A stretch of DNA of 64,000 bases from a virus. The translations under genes were made by a program, and so were the position numbers. The stretch's first letter is position 1, and every line of letters starts with the position of its first letter. The stretch is from positions 8,841 to 72,840 of the IMG/VR virus record IMGVR_UViG_3300038620_000086; one strand, written 5' to 3'. Below the pieces are notes generated by a model. The model did no database searches. It was not told the DNA's origin and saw only the letters and a list, made by a program, of their open reading frames with translations. Shown one piece after another: positions 17,201 through 27,071 of this stretch.

Positions 17201-20200
17201 TAACCGGTCATTCTTTGAAAACTCTCCCTCTAGGTCTTCAATACGACCTAATCGCCTAGTACCATCCTGCTTCGTAGATGAGATAATAACAATAGCACCA
17301 CCAGATTGTTCGCTCCACTCTATGAACCATACCTCGTTATTGGGAGGGACTGTTACTGGAGAGTAAAAAGGTTGGAAGTTAAACTCAGATTCGTTTAGCG
17401 GGTTTAGCTTGGTTGTAAACTCGTAAACTTGCAGTTTCGGCACAAGCTCTTCCTCATCTTCATCATATTCGCGTCCGAAGACAAATATTTGGTGGTTTTC
17501 TAGCTGGTTATCATCGGTAGCTTCGTAGAAATGAGCAACCTCAATTTTGTCAAATTCTAAGGTCTGTGCCTTACCACTAGGGTTAATTAAATTCCAATCT
17601 CTGTCATAGATATAAACTTTAAAACCTTCAAACCGAAAGTGTAGCTCGGCACCAGCAGCAAATCTGGAGTTAAACTTCCATACCACTCTACGGTCTATCT
17701 TAGGATCAGGTCTAGTGATAGTCGCCCCATAGCTTGTTATCGTTTCTAACCCTACGGTTTCTTTGCCACTAGTAGCAATGCTTCCAAAACTTGGGGTAAA
17801 TGAATACGATAAGGACTCCCCTAAGAAATAGGTCTCATTAATACTATTTAGGACTACAAAGTCGTTGTCAATCTCTATGAACTTTATTCCTTCTATCTCT
17901 GCCGACTTCAGAATTACCCCATTTGTACCAACAAGGTGGAATTGATTATCTGACAGAATTATAAGAAATCCGTGACGATCATCATAATAAGCCTTGTCAA
18001 CATCTCTAATAGGGGAAGGTAGTATGGATCCTTCATAAGGAGGACCATTGTTGGGGACTTTAATTATACTATCCTCTGTTTTCTCGAACAAGTAGTAGCT
18101 ACTGGAAGCAACATGGTGGGAATACAATGCACCATGACTGAGGTTAAGGTCATACTCACTTCCGTTAGGGATAGAAAGATGAATATCAGCGATATTGCCG
18201 AATAAATAGTCATCTTGAATACCAATGCTTCCATCAGAAGAAAAGGTAATGCCAACACCGATATAAAGAGGGAAGTCATTAGGCTCGATTTCTTCTGGAG
18301 GTCGTTTCTTGGAGGCAAAAAAGTCGTTTGTGTAAAGGTAAGTGTCTTGAGAGAGTTCTACAGTGAGAGCTTGATAGTCATTGGAGTTAAGGCTTTCTCC
18401 CTCCTTAACTAATCTCTCCGAGAGGGATACACCAGGAGGATAACTTGGGAAGACAAATATCTCCCCGTTTCTAGTTGCAGAAAATAGTTTCCTGTTAAAT
18501 GACTTTAGTACAACAGGATCGGAAGCAGAAGATATTCCAACCTCAGGAACCCATGAAGGAGATGTCTGATATCTATCGTATGACTGGACAGTCCCATCAA
18601 TGAGCATTCTGTGAAGTCTATCTTCGTAGACCTCCATTCCTATAATTTCTGAACTTGGTTCTGATATTGGCTCTGGCGTCTCCTCAGTATAAATATCATA
18701 CTTATAGACTACATTATTCAGCCGAGAGAGAATATACAAGCTTGGATTGTAATCTGTTCCATCGATAGTATTGTCAGAACTTGGATAAGATGCTATATCA
18801 GAGAGCTTCGATTGACCTGGCGTAGTTAGCACTTTCCATATTCCGAAAAGGGAGTTATAATAGCAAACTCTGTCTACCGTCGTTACGTATAGACTGGGAA
18901 GGGTATTAGAGTTGGGGTCACTAGGATTGCTTCTGATAGTAGCGGTCGTCTTGTCTGCTTCTAATAGATCATCAACAGTCATTCCAATGAGGCTTAGATC
19001 CTGCTCATTAGGAATGAAATCTCCTATACTAGTGTCTACTTCAGCAATCACCCAGTTTGACCCATCATATTTGTAGATCCCTCTGCCTAAAGGTTGCGGA
19101 TCTGAGTGATCCAATCCATAGCAAAACACAAATAATTGATTCTCGTAGAAAGCAGCTAAATAAGGATGATATCCACATTCATCAAGTCGTGAAACCTCAG
19201 ACCCGTCCCACATAAGAACATCGTTTGTATTAGAACAGGCAACAACGAGGTTTCCTTCAAAGGAACTCATAGAAGATGGGTCTATACCAAAGTTGGAAAC
19301 CCTTTCCCAGTCTTCTATCGAGGTATTATATGCAATTAGTCTTTCATCCTCAGTAGCAGCGTAAAGGGTTCCATCATTTTCTCCAACAACCTTTATATTT
19401 GACCCGACTGATGTACCAACAGGAGTGTATGAGACAGGAGGAGAAGAGGCATCATCCCAATCGAGTTTAAATACGTCTTCCCCTTGAGGGAAGTAGAGAG
19501 AATCGTTATAGACAACTCCTTTACCGAGGGGACTTTCTAAGAAGGATTCAGTCCAATCTGTCCAAAAGTCACTGTTTGCATCATAGCTAAAGATTTTGCC
19601 GTTGCTGCAAAGAGCGAAAAGCTTCCCACTCTTGGGGTGATCTAGTATCTGAAACGGGTAATCGTCTAGCTCTCCCACAATAGACAACCGACCTACTGTT
19701 TCCCATAGGTAAATTCGATCTGAGGTGGCAATCCAAATGTTTCCATCCTTTTTAGCAAGGGAGTGAGCCCCACCTTCTACTGAAGGGCTGTTTTCGCTAT
19801 TCCCAATTACTTCTACCCATCCAGGAGAGTAAGTTATTAACTTTGTCCATACTTTGTCATCCGATGGATAGGTAAATAAAACATAGAGCACATCATTTAG
19901 CTCGATGACATCAACGGGATCTCCGCCAAAAACAGAGTCCTCTTCATTCTTGTCAGAAATACTATACCAATCTCCAGTATTACTGTCTTTTAAGAATATA
20001 TCTTGTGTTGTTAGAGCAACCAGAGACCCCTTATATTGGCTTACTGCTACTACCGTTTTATCCTCGGGGAAATCAGTGTCCCTTTGCCAGATCAACCTAC
20101 CATTACCATCTTTTGACCCATCAGTAAAAAACAGTCCGTCATCGCAAACCAAATAGAGCTTTGAATCGAGAACATGAAAGCCACGAGGGTTAGGACCAAA

Positions 20201-23200
20201 GTCAGCTTCTAATGCTGAACCTTGTTTGTTCCATTGGCTTGACCCTTTTTCTTTGACATACACCGAATTATTACCCGCCGCAGCAACGAACAGATCCCCA
20301 CTATAGTTAATTATGCTTTCTGGCTCAGCAGTGGAAGAAAGGTTGGTATCAAATTTCCATTCTCCATTAACTAAATTGTAGACATTTCCATCAGAACGTG
20401 AGATTACATGAATATCCCCCGAGTCATCCATTTCCAAATCAAACGGGTCAGATCCAACCTCTGGATCCTGAGCAAACGTTCCATCCCAAGATGTTCGGCT
20501 AACAGTGGCAATAGAAGAAGATGTGCTAAATAATGCGTAAACTGTATCATCCTTCACAGTTAGGCGGTTCATGCCCTCTCCGGGAACAACTCCTTTCCTT
20601 TGCCAGTTAATTCCCTCTAACTTCCAAAGATTTTGCGAGTCACGGCAAACAGTATATAGGTCGCTATCATGTGACTCCAAAGATATTGGGTATTTGCCGA
20701 CTTTTCCTTCCCCAGAAGGAAGCCACCCACCGATGCTAGAAACCTTTATCCTGTCTTCTCCCGAGCAAGCTACATAAAACTTAGAGCCTGTTCCTTTGTC
20801 AAACTCAATTATATCAGTTGGATTTTCTCCTACCTCTTCTTCTAAGAGCGGGTTTCTGCTCCACTTACCTTGAGAGAAGGAATATACACTATTGAAATCA
20901 AAACATACTGCATATATCACATCTTGGTCTTGATCATTATTGTAAACTCGAATCGATACCGGGCTCCGACCAATGAGACCGTTTAGTTTTGACCAGGAGG
21001 AGCCTTTATCCTCGCTATAGTAAACACTATGTCCGTCTTTGCAAGCAACAGCAATAACAGAATCTTCGCCGTTAAAAGATCCGCTATCACCATCGATTGG
21101 ATAAGATTCTAAAAGGTAACCTTTATCCCAGTTTTGACCCCTATAGCTATAGACCTTGTTTTCCTCTTTGCTTAAAGCAAACAAGGTACTACCGGATCCT
21201 ATCAAAGACGTAACCTCTCTCCCCACTCTATCTTGTCTAGAGAAGTCTGTCGCTCTTCCGGGCTTGACTTCCCAAGTTAATTCGCCTTCAAATTCTCTAA
21301 GAGAATAGTTTCCTTTAGTGAGTAAAGTTTGTGAGCCGACTTCCTTCTCACCAATACCAGCAAAAAGGCTAAGCCGAAGAGTATTATTAAGATTCAACTG
21401 CTCGGTACTATCAACTTTTAAGTAACTAGGAGGACTAGTAAACCCAAAAAGCATTGATAAGTCTCCGAGAGGGGTTGTAATAGCCTGCCCATTAAATACA
21501 ACCAAAGGCATTCTGTCAGAGTCATTTTGATAGGCAACTAGACCAAGAAACTGACCATACAGACGCTTGACGCCAACATTTCCTCCCCCAGCAAAATTCT
21601 GCAAACTAGTTATATCAATAAATCCGCTAGAGTCAAAGAAGAAGTCGGTTTCAGTATCGTCATCAAAACGATAGGCTGTAAAACAAGAATCCTGGTATTC
21701 TGGATTCTGCCGATGAAAAGAAAAGGTCTCCTTCACATCGACTTTAGGTGGGAATTGCCTCATCTTAGGAACGAAGTATCCAGTTCTTACTGTCGGGGAG
21801 TTTGCACTCTCTCCTAGGAGGTCTGGAACAAAGTTGACCGACACTACCGAGTCAAAAGAAGGTGAAAACTCTCCATCTGGACCTAACTCCTCAAAAGGTG
21901 CAAACTCAATTGTAGATTGTCCCGGGACAACAGCCTCTTTATTAAGATCTCTGTCCTCTCCAATCATCAAGTCTTTCCAGGACTGGCTTTGGGAAAAACT
22001 AGTATTAGCAGCACTTGGATCGGAGGTTCCCTCTGTGAGAGTTATAGAGTCAGATCCAACCACGAAAAAGTAGTCCTTATAATTTTGAACAATTCGAGTC
22101 AGACTACTGTGTTTGTCAGAGAAGGAAGAGAGTTCAGCCCCAAAGCTAGAAGAGAAAAGTCTTATATCACCATTACTATAACCAACAGCGATAGCTGATC
22201 CATTAGTAGCGAGCTTTTCTGTTGAACTACCAGGAAGTGTTTTAACCTCTATTTGAGGTCTCTCCTGATCAGGTAAGAAGCCAATAGATATACTAGGAAT
22301 CTGACAGCTAGTAATCCCTGAATCTCCTCCAACCAGGATTTCTAGCCCCCTATCATCGAAAAATCTAATTTCGTTGACCTTTCCAACCCCAGGCGTCATA
22401 CTTTGAACTATAGAGGAAGAACGATAAACCTCGACCTCGCCGTTTCTATATCCAACTAGAATATATCCACGCCGAGGGTCACTTTCTATTGCCGTAGCGT
22501 TAGAACCAATAGAAAAGCTGGTTTCTACACTAACTCCATCGATGACATAAACTTCTCCATCACATAAACAATAGATCTTACCATCTAGCGAACTGTAGGT
22601 AAGCTGGGTTGGGTTAGAACCAACTGCAATGAGAGATAAAGGTCTATAATTATCACCTCGGTTTAAACAGACCACAGTAGAATTACTGCCTGAGTTAGCA
22701 ATATATAGATAATTTCGGGCTGTATCAACGGCTAAATCATTCAGATGTCTGAAGAAAGCATAGCCAATATTATCTGTTACTTCACCAAACTGGTTATTTT
22801 CAGTTGGAAAAGAAGAAAGGATAACACCAGTGTCCTCTTGACTGTTATTAAATGAAGCCAGTATCTCACCACCGTTAGCAATAACCTCAGAAGAATCAAA
22901 TGATGAGCCTGCTGGAACAAAGGTGAAAGACGCCAAATTTTCTCTATACTCTAACAACTTATTACCGTAAACCAGATAAATCCTACGGCTCCCGGCAACA
23001 TACAAGAATTCTACCCTTTTGAAAGATTCGCTCAGTCTATCTTCTAACGGCAGCGTTTTGTCGCCGGTTGCAATATCAATGATCTTCAGCTTGTTAAATT
23101 CAATGAACAGAACCTCATCCCCATCTACTGTGAGATCTAGGCAAAAATCACCGGTAATTTTCTCAGTAGGAACGTATGGTAATTGATACTCAGTGATCGA

Positions 23201-23572
23201 GTCCAGGATAGTATTCCCTAAATAAAGTGTTTGGTTAATGTCATTATACTCTAGGTAGTCTATAGACCCATCAACTTCGATTTCAAGTATCTTAGATCGA
23301 AAGAAAACAGAACTAGAATCAACGTTATAGGCTTCTACCTTTCCAGACTGGGAGTTAAATAAGAAAACTAAAGAGTAAACGCTGCTATAGGTAATTAAGG
23401 AATACTCGCCGGAAGTTAGAACATCGTAGTCGTCATCAACTAAGTTATACTGGGAGCTTATAAAGTAGACTTTGTCATCCAGCACAAAGCTATAGTTCCC
23501 ATCCGGTGGGGTAAAATAGATAGCTTCCGTAGAAAACTCTTTTGTAAAAGGATAAGCATTAAATAATCTCAT
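11183..23572 (-). CDS. Giant (4129 aa) fibre/baseplate appendage protein: many beta-propeller blades, two split LamG/ConA-like domains, C-terminal beta-helix
   Basis: Dozens of GxxP...hhxhxxxLYhxC...V..W blade repeats; LamG-like N- and C-halves; C-terminal DMIGNSRLTNGRIDIGPIQ (D..G..R.....DIG.) ending. Confidence 0.8.
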   Translation of the reverse strand: MRLFNAYPFTKEFSTEAIYFTPPDGNYSFVLDDKVYFISSQYNLVDDDYDVLTSGEYSLITYSSVYSLVFLFNSQSGKVEAYNVDSSSVFFRSKILEIEVDGSIDYLEYNDINQTLYLGNTILDSITEYQLPYVPTEKITGDFCLDLTVDGDEVLFIEFNKLKIIDIATGDKTLPLEDRLSESFKRVEFLYVAGSRRIYLVYGNKLLEYRENLASFTFVPAGSSFDSSEVIANGGEILASFNNSQEDTGVILSSFPTENNQFGEVTDNIGYAFFRHLNDLAVDTARNYLYIANSGSNSTVVCLNRGDNYRPLSLIAVGSNPTQLTYSSLDGKIYCLCDGEVYVIDGVSVETSFSIGSNATAIESDPRRGYILVGYRNGEVEVYRSSSIVQSMTPGVGKVNEIRFFDDRGLEILVGGDSGITSCQIPSISIGFLPDQERPQIEVKTLPGSSTEKLATNGSAIAVGYSNGDIRLFSSSFGAELSSFSDKHSSLTRIVQNYKDYFFVVGSDSITLTEGTSDPSAANTSFSQSQSWKDLMIGEDRDLNKEAVVPGQSTIEFAPFEELGPDGEFSPSFDSVVSVNFVPDLLGESANSPTVRTGYFVPKMRQFPPKVDVKETFSFHRQNPEYQDSCFTAYRFDDDTETDFFFDSSGFIDITSLQNFAGGGNVGVKRLYGQFLGLVAYQNDSDRMPLVVFNGQAITTPLGDLSMLFGFTSPPSYLKVDSTEQLNLNNTLRLSLFAGIGEKEVGSQTLLTKGNYSLREFEGELTWEVKPGRATDFSRQDRVGREVTSLIGSGSTLFALSKEENKVYSYRGQNWDKGYLLESYPIDGDSGSFNGEDSVIAVACKDGHSVYYSEDKGSSWSKLNGLIGRSPVSIRVYNNDQDQDVIYAVCFDFNSVYSFSQGKWSRNPLLEEEVGENPTDIIEFDKGTGSKFYVACSGEDRIKVSSIGGWLPSGEGKVGKYPISLESHDSDLYTVCRDSQNLWKLEGINWQRKGVVPGEGMNRLTVKDDTVYALFSTSSSIATVSRTSWDGTFAQDPEVGSDPFDLEMDDSGDIHVISRSDGNVYNLVNGEWKFDTNLSSTAEPESIINYSGDLFVAAAGNNSVYVKEKGSSQWNKQGSALEADFGPNPRGFHVLDSKLYLVCDDGLFFTDGSKDGNGRLIWQRDTDFPEDKTVVAVSQYKGSLVALTTQDIFLKDSNTGDWYSISDKNEEDSVFGGDPVDVIELNDVLYVLFTYPSDDKVWTKLITYSPGWVEVIGNSENSPSVEGGAHSLAKKDGNIWIATSDRIYLWETVGRLSIVGELDDYPFQILDHPKSGKLFALCSNGKIFSYDANSDFWTDWTESFLESPLGKGVVYNDSLYFPQGEDVFKLDWDDASSPPVSYTPVGTSVGSNIKVVGENDGTLYAATEDERLIAYNTSIEDWERVSNFGIDPSSMSSFEGNLVVACSNTNDVLMWDGSEVSRLDECGYHPYLAAFYENQLFVFCYGLDHSDPQPLGRGIYKYDGSNWVIAEVDTSIGDFIPNEQDLSLIGMTVDDLLEADKTTATIRSNPSDPNSNTLPSLYVTTVDRVCYYNSLFGIWKVLTTPGQSKLSDIASYPSSDNTIDGTDYNPSLYILSRLNNVVYKYDIYTEETPEPISEPSSEIIGMEVYEDRLHRMLIDGTVQSYDRYQTSPSWVPEVGISSASDPVVLKSFNRKLFSATRNGEIFVFPSYPPGVSLSERLVKEGESLNSNDYQALTVELSQDTYLYTNDFFASKKRPPEEIEPNDFPLYIGVGITFSSDGSIGIQDDYLFGNIADIHLSIPNGSEYDLNLSHGALYSHHVASSSYYLFEKTEDSIIKVPNNGPPYEGSILPSPIRDVDKAYYDDRHGFLIILSDNQFHLVGTNGVILKSAEIEGIKFIEIDNDFVVLNSINETYFLGESLSYSFTPSFGSIATSGKETVGLETITSYGATITRPDPKIDRRVVWKFNSRFAAGAELHFRFEGFKVYIYDRDWNLINPSGKAQTLEFDKIEVAHFYEATDDNQLENHQIFVFGREYDEDEEELVPKLQVYEFTTKLNPLNESEFNFQPFYSPVTVPPNNEVWFIEWSEQSGGAIVIISSTKQDGTRRLGRIEDLEGEFSKNDRLAYDSIRELVVATNLTRQTIAEFSLKGNLVREFPISRYPIESLGGTNKAADRVPIGIDVSMRDGYLYCLTKPSISSQLLRNEVLIFDNGKLLDSITISPKYGIAEDLYYSSELSAVVAKVENFVLCYQERILVRVIFSASADQLDLGSCVDNLSSAFIDTSWNLFSLEDSLKNWFNATSASSVILSTSGIERWQDIKSSAILTQKDQDIKPSYLDTNRINFEETQTLDLQLSVELKFDVYLLGNWADTRFVLELDGSDPIIYSELLNITSTSSGSLGEKEWLIEKVEEDYYRISIEFPYQQVFQVSIKSDPGRTFGIDNLEISDGAQRLLLKETFEDSISGWSNATQNQTGDLTTYLQPQDPLQGTSKEFNLPPAQDNSVFRSDLLTLGLDIDNSDRSIQRIIDTEPYSLDYEDETLELTWRGEVNGFFSMTGTKDKPTCLYKYNGQLYLTLADKSQVWRYEGSPKKWKVHTENNGDRPLDLMKYDGDLYCCYSRSNKVSVIEGPNKDFTWTDHLHPHRMIVFTDNGAESLYVTFQGSDEVGRYNPTDGWSFVQVGNKPSEIVEVSEGGNTYLLVSCSGSDEIWRYDGAITSNGDMDPEDWRVEFDSSQLGENSSPRGLYFSPLTQILHIACSWSNKVFRYDYELNENNFSEDSFPGEYPINFATAGEKEDERLYVVGRNYVYAIDNKTDTEWFTKDRYEVDHPYRIQVIDPPEDVERTEKGINPNYIFYTLCHNHDGDLYFAWSEEAWWGRGYTPAGDRFVPTYQIGEPLKEFKGTLFVGSNQEDNLIKSASYVLYFDGIHWSIALNLATKRYPVEGSELPRGNYRRVASFEISGFNNKLYAASNDGFIFSTSDGESWALERGTDLFDPVIVHADIGLVALDRATQELYHMPTPQWGIGQGFFVRANKPAGMGHISDILANQDCWIGIWDEETDIKMWRYYGGDSFNEHLEQGKSDEKGDGNYGKGIYRFSEVNPNNFNSEGRNNQWEYIAYYGESEDKLRILHGGYAGGWYYEQPEHPYIDRPVSSVRTSDNEIWTVSASEQRLYSMDDPSGTNFQQRASFSGNREPHYITVFEDGSGNGEEIYILVDNNYDTELWRWNSSSRQNNSEQLVQIPFNAAGSFSHVKHNNLIPWKGHLYFTESHQHRTNCRIKYYNHDEGVQDAIIQNEGPKFSFGAAVRYYRWDIDKAGLLFFQGGNLLKLDIFYYPGEDNEEEEDSHYGQFVDNYFNLYNPKLYYADQTPDIDGQYPVVFWLVRDHFFKNTEGTRIYYVWKRSNDLEFALLTADRDERGWNGINHDLMELYSLDNLNKGIIGAVVYKGYIYFLQYNSDTRMYRLYDENKNEVFSIERNNDTGVEYLSFAIGDVPELEKGEPQLWIQPSGEDRGRYGVEWGPQSPFLYYSTDPSSGFTEVETNIGEEPLGGRILEFHNGSLYRLSVNRTPEVEDLGILQKYKPDKDNPQKEGYWEDYGLFGSRRKVRTQDGRKPDSNYYKLASISNELYILDSTSFGFDYWPSEVRKLHLNDERVWRRTVEFPKPNDNLFSIDTADIRRPALIVNKDRYEIDARGAESVKNQFTPNVGTSFRGSIYGILSTDYRIPNQPLFLQDYFSQLYGLNTRTPTDQVPEFLLMGRNFRVRDLLASALGIDFDHVAFNGRQLKQVVENAENMSTILVVAEHIIVEREIEVKQGIKIVAPKKFGATIERSSEVRDFHIFRGTSPGESSLFLENLTLKEGRSNDGSYSKGTGITNFGEDSIVVLINCRIPDSIGGRRNAGFFVGSRSYLILINSYIESGDIAGGLNDCALFLYNCLFPNKVSLGHHYDSDSSNFIFNCLFAGTESMKGTFRTDRHTFYIGNTATSQNLQLSSDETVRLIAPNFYEEDDNMSTEFVYERGDPTIETPVSPIEVGNLSSLLEEETISIEKEDKSYYLFSGGSQYGNILKPKEESPLIESGDPNLIPGDVYSYIDGIHGGVSNSNQFDIDPEVLQKDMIGNSRLTNGRIDIGPIQSQ

Positions 23573-23578
23573 TGTTAG

Positions 23579-26524
23579 TTAAGGTAGAACTCTTGTAATT
23601 GAACCGTCAGTAAAATAGACTCTGATCAACCCCTCAGTTTGGGAGTAAACCATATACTCCATTGAATCTCCCACTTCTAGGGTCTCATCGAGGATGTAGA
23701 CAAGCTGATCTTCTCTTGCCAGTCGGTCAAACTGGTAAGAGTAAATGTTGGGATCGAGAACGAATATTACATATATCCTTTCCTCTAATTCCAAAATATC
23801 TCTGATAGGAGAAGAGGCTAGATCAGGACCGTCGTTAAGCTCAATTAGCTGAACCCAACGATTCTCTATGTTCGCTCGGTAAAACTGGTTATTCTGATCG
23901 AAGAAGTAAAGATAACCGTCCTTGTAGAAATATGGACTATCCACCTCCTTAGATATTTTATCGCCCAGAAGCGGAAAGCCGCTATCAACTGTCTGAAATC
24001 CCGGAGTATTCTTCACATTAACTAGTAAATAGGGATCGTGATCAAGTGAGTAGAAGGTATCTCCAGGTTTACCTAACGTCAACTCTCGACTAGGATCAGA
24101 TATGCTGATATCAGTCTTTGGCGGGATGGGCTCCTGATTTAACCTGATAATACCCTCTCCAAAAAGGCTGATGATCGTATTTGTATCTGCTGTCAGATCG
24201 TCACCTGCTGTAAAGGTTTCAGTGAAAATTTCTTTGCTAGTAGGTGACGACTCCGAAAGGGAAACAACATAAAGAGTCGAGCTTTGGGAATCAATCTTTA
24301 TAACATCCCCAACAGAAACCTTCACTCCTATTTGTTGCCCAAAAGTTAAAACGTTGGCACTTTCACCCTTGCCGATTGATTCCGACAATGACGGAAGGAT
24401 GTCATTGTCCCGCTTGTAAACAATATAGAGGTAGTTGTTGAAGTAAGATAGTGCTAAAGGCTTTCCCGGCAGATAAGTTCTAGAATACAACTCAAAAGCC
24501 CCATTTAGTGTGTAAACACTATTTTCCTGTTCATCTAAGATATGAAGCAATTGATGATCCGGGTTGGAGTGAAGGTCACTCAAAGACCCTTTAACGTCGA
24601 TTGTATTAAGTGTGGAGGTCAGAGATGACCCAATGTATCGAACAAGATTCTGACCACGATCAACAAAAAAGGTGTTTCCGTTAAACAATTCTAAAGAACT
24701 TGTTTCCCCACTTGTATCCTGAAAGGGATTAGAGACCTCAGGCGATAGAGTTATTCCTTCTGGATTTAAGTTGTAGCCTCTAAGAATTATATTCCCAGAA
24801 TTTGACTTTCCTGTTACAAGAAGGTTGTTTATAGCATTGTAGATAGAGATTGAGATTAAGCTTTGGAATGTGTTATCCGGTACGCCTATATAAGCAATAG
24901 GAGACATACCACTTATACCACTACCTCTATCATAGCCATAAACAACGACCGTTCCGGAAGTGGACTCTGTAATACCATCAGTTAGGTTTTCAACAATACC
25001 ATCGGGAAAACAAACATACAGATAACCGAAACTACTATTGAATCTCACGTCAGACGGAACATAAGGACCATTAGAATCAGGGTTAATTAGCTTTCTTTTT
25101 GCATTTGCTCCTGACTCTTCCAAAATTATTTCAGATGTTTGAATAGTGGTAATAACAGTGAAGTTATCATTGACTAGTAGGAATGTCCCGTTGTCAAATG
25201 CCATAGCAAAGAAGGAATCTCCCTGACCCTCATACCATTTCCCTAAGACACAACTAGTATCAGATGAAAGACTCCCATAGCCAGCCTGACCTTCTAGATC
25301 ATAAGCAACGGTTTGAGACTGAAACCTACTGTCATACGTCGTTATTCTCAACCCAGATATTCCTCGCAACCGGTCGTTGGATCTATCGCCAAAATAAGTT
25401 GGGCTAAGAACGTTAATGCCATCGAGTCCAAGGGTACGATCCTCTTGAAGAAGATTAATTGCTTTATACTCTCGGATAGTATTTCCGAGAGTGACATACA
25501 TGGAAGAGCGGGAAGGAGAGTGGACGTGGTCTGTACTACTCCCGTAAGGAACGAACAGATCATAATAACGCTTGATCTCGCCACTATCAAACGTAAAATA
25601 AACAGCAGCGTCCAAGGAACTACTCGTCACACTGTCAAAGTAGAAAGAAAGAACTTTTGCATAGGTTCTTTCGATGATCGGATCGTACTCTAAAGATTGA
25701 ATCTGCCCGCTAAAACCATACTTGGCTTCGTCTAGTCTCGTTAGTTCCTGTAGGTCTCCACCGCTCCACTGGTAAACTCTGAGAAGACTAGACTCTGACC
25801 CACTAACGTAGAGGAGGTTTTCTTTAGGAGACCAAGAAACTGCTACCGGTTCAAAGTCTAACTCTACGTATCCTGAACTTGGATTCTCCGGATTAACTAC
25901 CCATTGAATTCGTCCTTCATTTGACCCACCACGATCAACCAAATAAATCGTATTTGTTGACTCATCAATAGTTGCCTGTAGAACCGCGTCAGCAGGTTCA
26001 AACGAGAACAAATTTCTGTTAACAAAGAAGTTAGTATCGAGTTTATGGACGGAAAAAATGTCCTCGTCGATTATGTATATGGCGCTTTGCAATGGACTAT
26101 AGAGAAGGGAAGCTATTTCTCCTACAGCGTCCTCTCCAGTTTCTCCCCTGTCTATAATAGTAGATATGTTGTTGCTCTTGGTAAATACAAAAAGACCATT
26201 ATTTTTACCAAGTTCTGCTCTTCCACGATAAACAATACCGTCTACATTTGGGAAATATCTGGCAGGTGCGGTCGGATTATTTGCCGGGCTAATCCTAGAT
26301 ACAACCTTAACTTGATCGGGGCTAACCTCAATAACCTCGTTGGCAGGATCAGAGAACACAACGACACTGCCATCAAACTCTCTATAACTTACAGCGCTGA
26401 GTCCAATAGCAATTTCAGGGTATGGAATATAGCCAAACCCAACATCTCCTTCTCCAGAACGAGCTATATAAGATAGTCTTAAAATATGGGAGGCTTTCTG
26501 CGATCGCAGTAAAGATAAGGACAT
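23579..26524 (-). CDS. Beta-propeller (YVTN/NHL-like) virion protein (981 aa)
   Basis: Repeating blades such as PVAVSWSPKENLLYVSG, PSDVRFNSSFGYLYVC, PLALSYFNNYLYIV. Confidence 0.7.
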   Translation of the reverse strand: MSLSLLRSQKASHILRLSYIARSGEGDVGFGYIPYPEIAIGLSAVSYREFDGSVVVFSDPANEVIEVSPDQVKVVSRISPANNPTAPARYFPNVDGIVYRGRAELGKNNGLFVFTKSNNISTIIDRGETGEDAVGEIASLLYSPLQSAIYIIDEDIFSVHKLDTNFFVNRNLFSFEPADAVLQATIDESTNTIYLVDRGGSNEGRIQWVVNPENPSSGYVELDFEPVAVSWSPKENLLYVSGSESSLLRVYQWSGGDLQELTRLDEAKYGFSGQIQSLEYDPIIERTYAKVLSFYFDSVTSSSLDAAVYFTFDSGEIKRYYDLFVPYGSSTDHVHSPSRSSMYVTLGNTIREYKAINLLQEDRTLGLDGINVLSPTYFGDRSNDRLRGISGLRITTYDSRFQSQTVAYDLEGQAGYGSLSSDTSCVLGKWYEGQGDSFFAMAFDNGTFLLVNDNFTVITTIQTSEIILEESGANAKRKLINPDSNGPYVPSDVRFNSSFGYLYVCFPDGIVENLTDGITESTSGTVVVYGYDRGSGISGMSPIAYIGVPDNTFQSLISISIYNAINNLLVTGKSNSGNIILRGYNLNPEGITLSPEVSNPFQDTSGETSSLELFNGNTFFVDRGQNLVRYIGSSLTSTLNTIDVKGSLSDLHSNPDHQLLHILDEQENSVYTLNGAFELYSRTYLPGKPLALSYFNNYLYIVYKRDNDILPSLSESIGKGESANVLTFGQQIGVKVSVGDVIKIDSQSSTLYVVSLSESSPTSKEIFTETFTAGDDLTADTNTIISLFGEGIIRLNQEPIPPKTDISISDPSRELTLGKPGDTFYSLDHDPYLLVNVKNTPGFQTVDSGFPLLGDKISKEVDSPYFYKDGYLYFFDQNNQFYRANIENRWVQLIELNDGPDLASSPIRDILELEERIYVIFVLDPNIYSYQFDRLAREDQLVYILDETLEVGDSMEYMVYSQTEGLIRVYFTDGSITRVLP

Positions 26525-26528
26525 AAAC

Positions 26529-27071
26529 TTATCCTTCGTAAAAGGCGATAAATGTTACAACATTGTTTGCTTGAGGGGAGACGACAGAAATCTTGCTTAA
26601 GTCATCGATGGTGACAACTGTGGGTTCTTTTGGATCCAGTTCTCTTCCGTTATCACGGGTTACAGCATTGGCTCCCTCTGATGCACCAATGTAGACTGGT
26701 CCTTCATTGCTGGAGCTGGCTTTTACTTCACAATGAGACAAAGATCCAGAAGAAGGGATCTGTTGAGTTACTAGAGCTTTGCGTTCATCAGCCCTTTCCA
26801 AAGTAACCTGACCTGTAAAAACATTGTTAGGTGGATAAACTCGATCAACTGTTGAGTGTAAAGAGTCGCTTCCATCGATCTCCTCAATTAACCCTTTTAC
26901 TGAGTCTAAAGCTTCCTCAACATTTTTAGGAAGTGCATAAATCTCGGTGAGTGTTGCCGCCCCTTGTTGCCACTTTCCTTGAAGGGTTTCGTCTGACCGA
27001 GAGTCAGGAATTTGCGTTCTCAGTGATAAGGTCTCTGTGTTTCCCTCTGACCCTTTTACTTTTATAGCCAT
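26529..27071 (-). CDS. Virion structural protein (180 aa)
   Basis: C-terminal VKASSSNEGPVYIG...NGRELDP.E...TIDDLSKISV pattern seen in small beta-rich phage structural proteins; operon context. Confidence 0.6.
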   Translation of the reverse strand: MAIKVKGSEGNTETLSLRTQIPDSRSDETLQGKWQQGAATLTEIYALPKNVEEALDSVKGLIEEIDGSDSLHSTVDRVYPPNNVFTGQVTLERADERKALVTQQIPSSGSLSHCEVKASSSNEGPVYIGASEGANAVTRDNGRELDPKEPTVVTIDDLSKISVVSPQANNVVTFIAFYEG

